Positions 19,190-28,550 of a stretch of DNA of 64,000 bases are shown here, one piece after another; position 1 is the stretch's first letter; every line of letters begins with the position of its first letter. The notes beneath the pieces are model-generated. The model ran no database searches, had not been told where the DNA came from, and saw only the letters and a program-made list of their open reading frames with translations. Both the position numbers and the translations under genes were made by a program. This DNA comes from Candidatus Dormiibacterota bacterium (GTDB lineage: Bacteria; Patescibacteriota; Saccharimonadia; UBA4664; DATLOE01), in assembly GCA_035536395.1 (NCBI GenBank), contig DATLOE010000006.1:6899-70898 (forward strand). Direction: 5' to 3'.

Positions 19190-19226
19190 CTTCTAGGGGC
19201 CGAACGAGTAGTTTGGCCCCTTAACT
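19190..19226. terminator. Bidirectional terminator between convergent genes
   Basis: ggggccgaacgagtagtttggcccc followed by a T-run. Confidence 0.6.
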
Positions 19227-20465
19227 TTTTAAGGCCAGCGCGGTATCAGGGGCATTGCCAAAGCCAACTTGATCTATAATCTTTCCGCCTAGCAACTGCC
19301 TAGCCGGTTTAATAGTATTACGACCGAAGCGCAGATCTATTTCGTCTAGTGCCTCACTTAACTTTTCGGCTTTATCTGTTGGATCAAATAACCTTAGGGT
19401 AGTGGCCTGGATAGGAATTAGGTCGGTAGCCGTAACCGAAACCAGCCTGACCGGGCGGGGAGGGGACCAGCCCGCCAGTATTTTTTGGACATGCGCAAAA
19501 AAGGTGCTGGAATCAAAGAAGGGAGATCTGGTCTTTAAAGTTTTGCCCCAATAGGATCTATCCGCAAACCGCACATATACCGTTACAGATTGTGCGGCCA
19601 GCCCGGAGGCTCTCAGTCGTACAGCGGCTTTGTAGGTTAGCCGGCTGGCCACGCTTAAAACCTCTCCCGTGGTACTGGCCGGCCGGGGAATAATGGTGTT
19701 CTGGTGGCCAATCATTCTTCGCTTAGTTACGGCTAAATCGACCTCATAGCCCCGTAGGCGCAGATACCAGCGCTCACCATTAACACCCAGTCGGCTTTTC
19801 AGCAGAGAGTAAGGTGCTTGATAGAAATCGAGCGGTGTCTGAATACCCATAGAGCCTAGGCGCCTGGCCATCCGCCAGCTGATACCATGCAGATCAGTTA
19901 GTTTTAAAATAGAGTAAAAACCCTCAAGATCTTCTAGCTTAATCTCAATTAAACCATTGGGTTTATATATATTGGTAGCCATTTTGGCTAAGAAGCGATT
20001 ACTGGCAATCCCGACCGAGCATTGCAGATGGCTGCCTATGGTTCGAATAATATTCTTTACTTCTTCTGCCAGCTTTAAGCCTTCGCCCAGCAGGTCTCTG
20101 GGTACTAGCAAGAGGGCTTCATCTATACTTTGTACTCTAACCTGGCACCGGGTCTGCTCTAAAGCCGACATAATACGGCGGTGGTAATCCCGGTAGAGCC
20201 TGGCATTATTCTCTACTAGCTGAATATGCGGGCAAAGGCGCCTGGCCTTGGCTATATTAGTACCCGTCTTAACTCCGTACCGCTTAGCTTCGTAAGAGGC
20301 AGCAATGACACAGGTGGCATCACCGACAAAAGGACAAACTCCTACCGGCTTACCGCGCAGTTGAGGGTTTTCTTGCTGTTCGACCGAGGCAAAGAATGAG
20401 TTCATGTCTATAAATAGAGCTCGACCTTGCCTCGGCTGCTGTTTTAGTAAACCCTCTATATCCAC
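19221..20465 (-). CDS. dinB: Y-family DNA polymerase (DinB/Pol IV-like)
   Basis: ALFIDMNSFFASVEQQENPQLRGKPVGVC...IAASYEAKRYGVKTG is the canonical Y-family N-terminus. Confidence 0.8.
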   Translation of the reverse strand: MDIEGLLKQQPRQGRALFIDMNSFFASVEQQENPQLRGKPVGVCPFVGDATCVIAASYEAKRYGVKTGTNIAKARRLCPHIQLVENNARLYRDYHRRIMSALEQTRCQVRVQSIDEALLLVPRDLLGEGLKLAEEVKNIIRTIGSHLQCSVGIASNRFLAKMATNIYKPNGLIEIKLEDLEGFYSILKLTDLHGISWRMARRLGSMGIQTPLDFYQAPYSLLKSRLGVNGERWYLRLRGYEVDLAVTKRRMIGHQNTIIPRPASTTGEVLSVASRLTYKAAVRLRASGLAAQSVTVYVRFADRSYWGKTLKTRSPFFDSSTFFAHVQKILAGWSPPRPVRLVSVTATDLIPIQATTLRLFDPTDKAEKLSEALDEIDLRFGRNTIKPARQLLGGKIIDQVGFGNAPDTALALKS

Positions 20466-20553
20466 ACAGCCTCCCTAGAAGCATCCCCTTGCTCTGAAGT
20501 ATACCGAACAAATACCGAACTGTCAATCTAAAAAAAGAGCTTCTCTTGAAAGC

Positions 20554-20748
20554 TCATGATTCTCTATATAAACTTTGGCTCTGTTGCTCCAGATCTTCCC
20601 GGAGCTGATTCACTTGCGCTTCGCTGAGACTGGGGGTGTTTTCGTAGCCGTTTTCTTGGTGCTCTGCTTGGACACCGCCGGTGGCTGTCTGCCCGCTGAT
20701 TTCTTCATAAAAAAGCTGAAAATCTTCTAGCTTGTAATTTGGCTCCAT
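20554..20748 (-). CDS. Small acidic hypothetical protein
   Basis: AGGGAGA RBS. 64 aa, rich in Glu and Gln. Confidence 0.4.
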   Translation of the reverse strand: MEPNYKLEDFQLFYEEISGQTATGGVQAEHQENGYENTPSLSEAQVNQLREDLEQQSQSLYRES

Positions 20749-20865
20749 GTATTCTCCCTTATCTGCCTAAGTAGCCTCAATAAACATTAAGGTTACTACT
20801 TTGGAGGTGGAAGTCAAACATAAGAGCCTCCAAAAAACTCGCCTTAACCTATGATATTTTTGTCA

Positions 20866-22074
20866 TTATGCCTTATGAAGTACAGGTGATTCCGGCTCAG
20901 TGTCTTGGTAAAACATCAGCCCTAGCTTTATCTGCAATGCATCATCAAATACACGGGGATCGAGGCCTATAACCTTCTTAGTTTTATCAAGCCGGTATAT
21001 TAATGTATTGCGGTGGACATGCAGAAGCCCGGCAGCTTCGGTTAGGTTCAGCCCCGAGGTCAGGAAGGTTCTAACGGTTTTATAGAGCTGCTCATCTTTT
21101 AAGAGGGGGTATAAAATCTGGTGCGCTAACTCGGCCTTGCGCTCCTGGGTTACATTAGCCAGGGTAACGAACATCCCTACGCTCTTAATATGGTAAACCG
21201 TATCATTACCCCAAACCTTAGTGCCGACGTGAAGAGAGAGCTTGGCCTCTTGGTAGCTCTTACGTAAGCCCCCCAGATCGGGGTAGTACTGTCCCACTCC
21301 TAGCGATACGGTTTTGTCAGGATACTGTTTTTTCAGAATCCCATATACATACTCAGCCTTTTCGATTAAGAAACGCATAGTATTGCGAATGGTTAATCCT
21401 TCCCCTCCAATACCCTTTGAGAGCACAAAGGTATCACCACCCAAGTAGCAGCAGATATTTCCGGGATGGTTATTGAATGCTCCTAAAACAGTTTGGGTGA
21501 TATCATCGGCAGCCTGGGCGATTTTAAGCTCCTGTTCATCTGCCGAAATGCTTCCAAGCTGGCTGCGAATACCCTCCTGAAAGCCGTTAATTTCAATCAA
21601 AATAATGGCTTGCGGCATACGCAGGTTAAGCTGTAAAACGTCAGCTTGGCGGTAGGTTTCTGTATGACTGCCGCGTGCTGTGGTTAGTACTTGCTTAAAG
21701 AATTTGGCCCGCACGGTGGCCGATGGCTGGATATGCCTCATAAGGAAGTATTGGTGAGTAATGACTTCGGCCAGCCCCTGCAGCAGACTGATAGCTTCGG
21801 GCGTAATCGGCCCTTCATTTCCTTCTATAATTCCAAAAGCACCGACTGTCTGCCCATCATACACAAAAGGACACCAGGCAATTTGGCTTTCACCTAAAAA
21901 GGAGCGGACGATCTTGCCTTCCTGGCATGACCTAAGCGCGTCAACCATAATCTGGCCGGTGTAATCTTGGCTGGCCTGTACCAAGCCTTGAGCATCGGCT
22001 ACCAGTACCGTTCGATCCAAGATGCCTTTGGCTCTTTCTAATATCTGATCTGCTAGAGGTTGCCCGATTCTCAT
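20866..22074 (-). CDS. CdaR/PucR-family transcriptional regulator
   Basis: C-terminal HVHRNTLIYRLDKTKKVIGLDPRVFDDALQIKLGL is a PucR-type HTH. The middle region is a GGDEF-like domain as in CdaR. Confidence 0.7.
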   Translation of the reverse strand: MRIGQPLADQILERAKGILDRTVLVADAQGLVQASQDYTGQIMVDALRSCQEGKIVRSFLGESQIAWCPFVYDGQTVGAFGIIEGNEGPITPEAISLLQGLAEVITHQYFLMRHIQPSATVRAKFFKQVLTTARGSHTETYRQADVLQLNLRMPQAIILIEINGFQEGIRSQLGSISADEQELKIAQAADDITQTVLGAFNNHPGNICCYLGGDTFVLSKGIGGEGLTIRNTMRFLIEKAEYVYGILKKQYPDKTVSLGVGQYYPDLGGLRKSYQEAKLSLHVGTKVWGNDTVYHIKSVGMFVTLANVTQERKAELAHQILYPLLKDEQLYKTVRTFLTSGLNLTEAAGLLHVHRNTLIYRLDKTKKVIGLDPRVFDDALQIKLGLMFYQDTEPESPVLHKA

Positions 22075-23207
22075 TTCTGGCCTACGAATTTATTAAACAG
22101 AATCGCTAGCTTAATTTGTACAGCGTCCTCAAAGCTGCGAGGATCCAGGCCAAGCGTTTCAGCAATGCGATCTAGCCGGTACACCAAAGTGTTGCGGTGA
22201 ATGTTTAGCTCGCCAGCGGTCTGGGTGAGACCCATATTGTTTTTAAAGAAAGTCTCAAGTGTTTCTATTACACCGCCGTTCTGGCCTAATTTTTCTAGCA
22301 GTTCACGGCTGAAGTAAATATTACTTTCGTCTATACCTGACAGCAGAGGGGCGACTACCCCAAAGTCGTCAATGTGGTAAACCCGATCTTTATCCCAATT
22401 CTGCGCCCCTAGCTCAATGGCTGAGACTGCTTCCTGGTAGCTGGTGCGTAGGCCGGAAACGCCTGGGTGATAATTGCCAACCCCGACAGTAGCTGTGACT
22501 TTGAGCTCCGATTTCAGAATGCCATAGATGGTATTAATCGATTTTTTAAACTTCTCTAGGTTTTCGCCCAGATCACTATCAGTGCTGTCTATATCTTTTA
22601 AAATACAGAATACATTCTGCCCCAAGTAGGCAATGACATTCCTTCGAGTAGAAGTATAGTAGGAGTTTAGGGCTCGGTTGATGTTGAATTTATAACGCGA
22701 AATTCTTAGCTCACGGTCACCTTCGTCCCTGGTCTCGCCGGTTAGTATGGGGTCGTCTATATAAATGGTAATGGCAATCCGCGGGCCGGTAAGCTCTATG
22801 TCGAATAGCCTAGCTTCGGCTATTAGCATACGGTCGCCATCGCTTTCGGAATTGAGTAAGTCGTATACGAATTTATCGAGCCGTTCTTCTTGCTGGGGGA
22901 GCTGCTCAATTAAGGCTGATTGGTGCACTATCAGTTCAGCGATCGAGCGAATGAGAGGGGCGATTTCTTCTTGGTTAGGCATCTGAGAGGCTAGTACTAC
23001 GTAGCCAGCTACATCACTGTTGTAGAGAATGTCGATTGCATGAGGGTGCTTTTCTACTTCTACGCTTTCCTCTACCAGGGGATCATTACTAGCCAGCACA
23101 GCACCCTCTGGGCTTACAACCGATATCGGCTGGTTGACTAAGCCCGCAACCTTGCCCTGAATCTTTTCTGCTATATGGTGATTAAGCACCATTGGCGTTC
23201 CCCTCAT
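22071..23207 (-). CDS. CdaR/PucR-family transcriptional regulator, a paralog of the downstream gene
   Basis: C-terminal NIHRNTLVYRLDRIAETLGLDPRSFEDAVQIKLAILF. Same architecture as the neighbour. Start and stop overlap as ATGA. Confidence 0.7.
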   Translation of the reverse strand: MRGTPMVLNHHIAEKIQGKVAGLVNQPISVVSPEGAVLASNDPLVEESVEVEKHPHAIDILYNSDVAGYVVLASQMPNQEEIAPLIRSIAELIVHQSALIEQLPQQEERLDKFVYDLLNSESDGDRMLIAEARLFDIELTGPRIAITIYIDDPILTGETRDEGDRELRISRYKFNINRALNSYYTSTRRNVIAYLGQNVFCILKDIDSTDSDLGENLEKFKKSINTIYGILKSELKVTATVGVGNYHPGVSGLRTSYQEAVSAIELGAQNWDKDRVYHIDDFGVVAPLLSGIDESNIYFSRELLEKLGQNGGVIETLETFFKNNMGLTQTAGELNIHRNTLVYRLDRIAETLGLDPRSFEDAVQIKLAILFNKFVGQK

Positions 23208-23289
23208 TTTTTAGAAGACTGTACAAATAGATTACTTTGGCGCGGGGCAGAGAGGCAAGCGTAAGGGGATTGGTTTTTGGAGGATTGAA

Positions 23290-23332
23290 TAAAAATTAAA
23301 AGCCGGGCGTCCGTTAAGACACCCGGCTATTG
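23290..23332 (-). terminator. Rho-independent terminator for the gam-like gene
   Basis: The reverse complement gccgggtgtcttaacggacgcccggc is followed by a T-run. Confidence 0.55.
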
Positions 23333-23866
23333 CTAACCGCTTTTACCGGTGGCTGGAGTGTCGGCCTTGACCTCCACTGGATCTATATAAAAGCGTTCCT
23401 TGGGCGGGTTAAACACCACGCCATCGACTTTCTTGGCAAAGTCAGGCTCTTTAAGGAGTTCCGCTTTTTTAAGGCTGAAACTGGTCTTAATGAAGTCCTT
23501 AGCTCTTTTGAGCTTGCGGATGCTGGCTATGGCTTTTTTATCATCAGTGCCTTCCAGGCTGGCCTTACCATGCTTCCAACTCAGTTTACCCGTTGGCAGG
23601 CTGATGGTTTTACCTTCTGCTAGCATCGATCGGTTGGCTACCGCGAATGTTTCCAGGCTGGCCTCTAACTGCTCACGCTCTTCTTGCAAAGCGCTGATCT
23701 GGCTCAATGCCTTGAACTGCAGCGTCTCAATTTCATCATTCAGCTTAATTCCGATCGATGAAATTTCCCGGCTGACTTCACCGTAGCGGGCGAGTTCTTC
23801 GCAAGCCTTGTCTATCTGCTCCTTGCTGGCTGTTTTACTTTCAATACCCTTGGTTGCCCTGGGCAT
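23333..23866 (-). CDS. gam: Mu Gam-like host-nuclease inhibitor, a Ku-like DNA-end-binding protein
   Basis: The ~175-aa coiled-coil protein aligns with phage Mu Gam. Ours FAVANRSMLAEGKTISLPTGKLSWKHGKASL matches Mu WCEANRDELTNGGKVKTANLVTGDVSWRVRPPSV. Ours RKLKRAKDFIKTSFSLKKAELLKEP matches Mu LERLGLQRFIRTKQEINKEAILLEP. Confidence 0.7.
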   Translation of the reverse strand: MPRATKGIESKTASKEQIDKACEELARYGEVSREISSIGIKLNDEIETLQFKALSQISALQEEREQLEASLETFAVANRSMLAEGKTISLPTGKLSWKHGKASLEGTDDKKAIASIRKLKRAKDFIKTSFSLKKAELLKEPDFAKKVDGVVFNPPKERFYIDPVEVKADTPATGKSG

Positions 23867-23932
23867 CGCTCTCCAATCTGTCGATGTACAAGTATCCTAA
23901 TATCCTGCAATTAATATGTGCAATTGGCAAGC

Positions 23933-24382
23933 TTAAGTCTCTAGAGTGTCGATATCACCCAAAAAGTTAAGATAGGTTTTAAGCTGGGAGTGAAGCGGTG
24001 AGGGCGGGTCTTTTGGGCTAAACCAACCGATCTCATCCATTTTATGTGGTTCACCGATCTTAACTTCTGCTGGATCGACTTGAGCGCTGAACACGACAGC
24101 GACCCAGTGGGTTAGGCCTTCTTCCTCATTGCGAATAACATTGTGAACGCCTAACTGCCGAATGTTTTCGGCCTGGCATCCATATTCCTCTAATATCTCT
24201 CTCTCAACTGCCAGTTCAAAATCCTCACCGTACTCTAGTTCGCCGGCACCGCTATCCCAGCGCCCACGCTCATCACGGCAGTTCTGGCTGCGTTTGTGCA
24301 GCAGTATCTTACCCTTGCCGTCATGACAGATAAACACGCAGGTGACGCCGATATACTCGATGCCTGACCTAGGATTACTCAT
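23933..24382 (-). CDS. NUDIX hydrolase
   Basis: Nudix box GAGELEYGEDFELAVEREILEEYG. Confidence 0.8.
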   Translation of the reverse strand: MSNPRSGIEYIGVTCVFICHDGKGKILLHKRSQNCRDERGRWDSGAGELEYGEDFELAVEREILEEYGCQAENIRQLGVHNVIRNEEEGLTHWVAVVFSAQVDPAEVKIGEPHKMDEIGWFSPKDPPSPLHSQLKTYLNFLGDIDTLET

Positions 24383-24454
24383 AGCACAAGCATACCAGAT
24401 TCGTTGATTTTCAGGTGTATTTCGGCTATATTTCTTAGGTTGATTGACCCACTA

Positions 24455-24531
24455 GGGTCCTTAGCTCAGCTGGCTAGAGCGCTTCCTTGACGTGGAAGAG
24501 GTCACAGGTTCGAGTCCTGTAGGACCCACCA
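24455..24531 (+). tRNA. tRNA-Val (anticodon GAC)
   Basis: gggtccttagctcagctggctagagcgcttccttgacgtggaagaggtcacaggttcgagtcctgtaggacccacca. Confidence 0.8.
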
Positions 24532-25366
24532 TTTTTATAAATTCCCAAAACCTTGGCCAGCTTTTAGTTATAGCTTTCGGGTGCTTGAACTTAACATTGC
24601 TACCTTTAATGACTGCTCTTATTGCCACCGCCTGCACCACGCGGTGGTCTTTTGATGTAACGACCCTTCCGCTATCGGCTTGGCTGGTTGCAGTCTCCAT
24701 TTCATGCAGCCGGTTGGTTTCATGGCCGGCCAGGCTAGGCCATCTCTTACTGCCTTCGCCTGCCGAAATCATATTAAGTGCCCGCGCCAAGCAGTAATCT
24801 TCTGAGTGCCCCGGCCGAAAGCCGGCCGGCTGGCCTTTTACTTGCCTTATAAATGCCTCGGCCTGACGTTCTATCGTTTCATCCCATCTCGGCTCCCACT
24901 CCTGACGTGGCGACCATTCATAAGCTGCTTCATATGTTAAGCCCAGCTTAAGTGGGGGACCGGGTAGCCTCTTCTCGTCACCTAAAAGTACTGCAGCGCT
25001 AGCCCACTGTGAGGTGCCATTATCTAGCCCCAGCAGCTCCCTTTGGCTAAGCGTAATAATGCCAGGGTCGTTTGTAATACTGCGATGCCTAAGGGTACCG
25101 CGGCGAACGAAGGTCTTACCTAGCCCCATCTTCCACGAGGCAAAATGCAGAAAGCGGTATAGGGTGCCTGATTCACCAACACCAATAGATTGCTTAACCG
25201 GCCAGTCTTTGGCTGCCTGCAATAGTGCCTGAAGATCATCGCTCAATCCTGTTTGGCCGCTCAAAAATTCAACAATCTGCGGCTTACCATTAATAATATC
25301 CAGTAGGCCCATGCGAATAATCCACGATTTATCTAAGGGGATGTACTGCCGAAGCGCCTCATTCAT
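24461..25366 (-). CDS. Hypothetical protein, possibly EPT/RtcA-like fold. Its 3' end has no stop until it has read antisense through tRNA-Val.
   Basis: 301-aa ORF. GVGESGTLYRFLHF weakly resembles the RtcA/EPT motif. The last ~23 codons (...PTGLEPVTSS...) are antisense tRNA, so the true C-terminus is unclear. Confidence 0.35.
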   Translation of the reverse strand: MNEALRQYIPLDKSWIIRMGLLDIINGKPQIVEFLSGQTGLSDDLQALLQAAKDWPVKQSIGVGESGTLYRFLHFASWKMGLGKTFVRRGTLRHRSITNDPGIITLSQRELLGLDNGTSQWASAAVLLGDEKRLPGPPLKLGLTYEAAYEWSPRQEWEPRWDETIERQAEAFIRQVKGQPAGFRPGHSEDYCLARALNMISAGEGSKRWPSLAGHETNRLHEMETATSQADSGRVVTSKDHRVVQAVAIRAVIKGSNVKFKHPKAITKSWPRFWEFIKMVGPTGLEPVTSSTSRKRSSQLS

Positions 25367-25384
25367 TATTTGATGATATAATTA

Positions 25385-25560
25385 TTAGGCTAGAGAGGTA
25401 AATAGAGCGAAGCGGGAGTTAACCGCCCCGTAGCTCCGTTCATCGGTCGCGTCAGACTGATAAAGAGTGTCCGGCAGCTGCCGGGAAGTTTGGTGGAACC
25501 GTCCGATTACATCGGGCCCAAACGCGCAAAAGTTTGCGTGTTTTTGTTATTTTTAAGGAG
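25385..25560 (+). promoter_or_regulatory. Probable T-box riboswitch leader of thrS
   Basis: AGAGAGG and a specifier-like GTTAACCG (Thr codon ACC) lie near the 5' end. The T-box-like sequence tttGGTGGaACCGtc at ~25487-25501 matches GGGUGGNACCGCG. A downstream hairpin and T-run precede the AAGGAGAGAG RBS. Confidence 0.5.
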
Positions 25561-25564
25561 AGAG

Positions 25565-27406
25565 ATGAGCAAAAAAGCCGAAAAAATCGATTTGCACCCC
25601 ATGCGCCACTCGCTGGCCCATATCATGGCTGCGGCCGTGCGGCGCCTCTACCCTAAGGCCAAATTTGGCATCGGCCCGGTGATAGAAAACGGCTTTTATT
25701 ACGATATTGATTTGCCTGACGCATTGAACCCGGAAGATCTGCCGAAAATAGAAAAGGCGATGCACGAGATTATTGCCGAAGATCAGAAGTTTGAGCGTAG
25801 TGTGATAAAGATAGATGAAGCAATCAAACTGTTTAAGCAGAAACACCAGCCATATAAGGTCGAGCTGATGAATGACCTGAAGAAGTATGGCACCACCAAG
25901 GCAAAGGACCTAGATAGAGAACAGCTCGGTGTAAAAAATGTGGAAAAAGTTACAACAGTAAGTCTGTATTCGAACGGTGATTTTGAGGATTTGTGCACCG
26001 GCCCGCACTTAAAAAGTACAGGCCAGGCCGGTAGCTTTAAGCTCACTAAGGTTTCGGGTGCTTATTGGCGTGGTGATGAGAAAAACCCTCAGTTGCAGCG
26101 TATTTATGGGGTGGCTTTTGCCGGTAAAGAGGAGCTTGCGGCGCACCTTCATCAGTTGGAGGAGGCCGAGCGTCGTGATCACCGCAAGCTTGGTGCCCAG
26201 CTAGACATTTTCTTACAGAATGAAATGGTTGGCGCTGGCTTACCGCTGTTTACCCCTAAAGGCACGGCGATGATTAACGCTATGATGCAACAGGTACGAG
26301 AGCTAAATGGGCCGGATGGTTACGAAGAGGTCCGCACCGGTCACATGACAAGAACCGGCTTGTATGCCAAATCCGGCCACCTGGATAAATTCGCGGGTAG
26401 TTTGTTTGTAATAGATGCCGAGGACGATAAACTGGCACTTAAGCCGATGAACTGCCCCCACCATGCCCAGCTTTATGCTGCTAAATTGCGCAGCTACCGC
26501 GACTTGCCTGTAAAATACGCGGAGTTTTCGACCCTGCACCGGAATGAAGTTAAGGGTGCCTTGGGTGGCTTAACTAGGGTGAGGGCACTGACCCAAGACG
26601 ATGCCCATGCCTTTGTACGCCCCGATCAGGTAGAAGCAGAAATAGGCAAAATCGTAAGAGAAATCGATTCATTAATGTCGGTTTACGGCCTAACTTACCG
26701 AGTAAGACTATCTTTGCGCGATCCAGGTAGGATGAAGGAGTATTTGGGCGATAAAGCTGTTTGGGATAAAGCTGAGCAGCAGCTTACGGTCTTGGCTAAG
26801 AAGTTTAAGATGGATTACGAGGCGGTTGAGGGGGAGGCAGCTTTTTACGGGCCGAAGATGGACTTTCTGGCCACTGACGCGATTGGCCGGGAGCACCAGC
26901 TTTCAACAATTCAGCTCGATTTTAACCAGCCCGAGAGGTTCGACCTTAGCTATGTGGCCGAAGACGGCTCCAGGCAGCGGCCGGTCTTAATCCACCGTGC
27001 CCTGAACGGCACCTTTGAGCGAATGCTGGGAATTCTTATAGAACATTACGCCGGTAATTTCCCGGTGTGGCTGGCGCCAGAGCAGGTTAGGATAATGACT
27101 GTAAATGAAACAAAAAAGATCTCGGCTGCTGCAGAGAAAATGCAGAGTGAATTAAAAGCCGCCGGTATTCGTACAGAGCTAGATGTCTCGAACGAATCTG
27201 TGAGTAAAAAGATTCGCGGCGCGTCACTCGCCAAGGTGCCTTATACGATTGTTGTGGGGGATAAAGAGGTAGCAAGTGGTAAGGTAGCACCCCGTGTGCG
27301 AGCCGATTTGCTGCGGAAGCAGGAGCCGGCACCATTACCGTTTGGCGGTTTTGTAAGCAGGGTAATCAGTGAGGTTGCAGAACGGGCCGCAAAAAGTAGC
27401 TTTTAA
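25565..27406 (+). CDS. thrS: Threonyl-tRNA synthetase
   Basis: Class II motifs, HRDHRKLG, and tRNA_SAD and anticodon-binding regions are present. The ATG at 25565 follows an RBS; the track ORF starts upstream at 25490. Confidence 0.85.
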   Translation: MSKKAEKIDLHPMRHSLAHIMAAAVRRLYPKAKFGIGPVIENGFYYDIDLPDALNPEDLPKIEKAMHEIIAEDQKFERSVIKIDEAIKLFKQKHQPYKVELMNDLKKYGTTKAKDLDREQLGVKNVEKVTTVSLYSNGDFEDLCTGPHLKSTGQAGSFKLTKVSGAYWRGDEKNPQLQRIYGVAFAGKEELAAHLHQLEEAERRDHRKLGAQLDIFLQNEMVGAGLPLFTPKGTAMINAMMQQVRELNGPDGYEEVRTGHMTRTGLYAKSGHLDKFAGSLFVIDAEDDKLALKPMNCPHHAQLYAAKLRSYRDLPVKYAEFSTLHRNEVKGALGGLTRVRALTQDDAHAFVRPDQVEAEIGKIVREIDSLMSVYGLTYRVRLSLRDPGRMKEYLGDKAVWDKAEQQLTVLAKKFKMDYEAVEGEAAFYGPKMDFLATDAIGREHQLSTIQLDFNQPERFDLSYVAEDGSRQRPVLIHRALNGTFERMLGILIEHYAGNFPVWLAPEQVRIMTVNETKKISAAAEKMQSELKAAGIRTELDVSNESVSKKIRGASLAKVPYTIVVGDKEVASGKVAPRVRADLLRKQEPAPLPFGGFVSRVISEVAERAAKSSF

Positions 27407-27418
27407 AGGACCCTATAT

Positions 27419-28225
27419 ATGAACATGCGTAAATTTATTGATGAATATGAGCTGAAGGTGGATGGGGTTAGCTTCTGGACACCCTATTATATGGCGCCTG
27501 TGCATACTAAAGAGAATCCAAACCCCAAGCCGGGTCCACTGAAAGGCAAGGGTTCGCCGGCCGAAATTACACAAGTCCTACTAGAAGAACTAGCCGACAA
27601 GCGCCTGAAAGACGGTGAGGAGTATCGCAAGTTTATGCACGGAATCGGTTTAGGTGTAGAATGCTCAGGCTTTATGTATTTTGTGCTCGACCAAGCTTTA
27701 AAAAGCCGTGGCATTCGGTTGGCAGACTGCCTGTATAAATCACGGGAGCAGATGCTTGAGATATATGACAATCCGGTATTGACTCCCCCGGCTGGTTTGA
27801 ACAGGGGGGCAGTAGAGGCTTATCCGGATGCTGTGCCCCTGAGCCAAATTCAAAAAGACTGGGGCAACCAGCCGCGCAACATTGCCGATATGGCTACTAT
27901 TGCCAGTCCTCTGGCTAATGATTGCTTTGATGACGTATCAGGTATAAAACCGGGGGACATGATTTATATGACCGGGCACGACGGAATACCCCATGCTGTA
28001 CTAGTGGTAAAGGTAAAAAAAGATGTAATCGAGTTTGTGCATTCGGGGGGTCCGCATGGAAAGAAAGATTATTATGGCGGTGTGGAGTATGGCAGTATTG
28101 ATATTACCGACCCAGCCCAGCCGATCGAAAAGCAGGAGTGGCATAGCCGGTTCGATTTTGTACAAACTACGCACTACTTTGAGCCAAAGGCACTACGCAG
28201 ACTAAAGGTGCTGGCTGGTGGCTGA
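27419..28225 (+). CDS. Hypothetical protein, possibly a Cys/His hydrolase (papain-like/NlpC-like fold)
   Basis: Conserved-looking C (VECSGFMYFVL) and H (GHDGIPHAVLVV) spaced as in permuted papain-fold enzymes. The assignment is weak. Confidence 0.3.
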   Translation: MNMRKFIDEYELKVDGVSFWTPYYMAPVHTKENPNPKPGPLKGKGSPAEITQVLLEELADKRLKDGEEYRKFMHGIGLGVECSGFMYFVLDQALKSRGIRLADCLYKSREQMLEIYDNPVLTPPAGLNRGAVEAYPDAVPLSQIQKDWGNQPRNIADMATIASPLANDCFDDVSGIKPGDMIYMTGHDGIPHAVLVVKVKKDVIEFVHSGGPHGKKDYYGGVEYGSIDITDPAQPIEKQEWHSRFDFVQTTHYFEPKALRRLKVLAGG

Positions 28226-28550
28226 GCGCAAGGTCAGTCAGTTTACCAAGGATGTTTATGATTTAGTTGCCAGAATACCGAAAGGCCGGCTAATGACTTA
28301 TGGCCAAGTGGCGGCTCTGTGCGGTCACCCCAGGGCCGCTATTATCGTGGGGCAGGTGGCGCATTGGGGGCCGCTTGAGCTGCCGTGGCAGAGGGTGGTG
28401 AACCGTTATGGCGGTTTGGCTTCGGGCTACACTACAGGGGGCCGTGAGGCTCACAAGCGTGATCTGGAAGCAGAAGGGGTGAAGATAAGTGAAGAGTATA
28501 GGGTGATAAAGTTTGAAGATCTGATTTGGTGGCCCGATGAGCAAAACTGA
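28218..28550 (+). CDS. Alkyltransferase-like protein (ATL), an MGMT-fold DNA-binding protein lacking the catalytic cysteine
   Basis: 110 aa. YGQVAALCGHPRAAIIVGQVAHWGP...LPWQRVVN. The MGMT active-site PCHRV is replaced by PWQRV, as in ATL proteins such as Atl1/YbaZ (PWHRV). GTG start overlaps the upstream gene. Confidence 0.7.
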   Translation: MAERKVSQFTKDVYDLVARIPKGRLMTYGQVAALCGHPRAAIIVGQVAHWGPLELPWQRVVNRYGGLASGYTTGGREAHKRDLEAEGVKISEEYRVIKFEDLIWWPDEQN

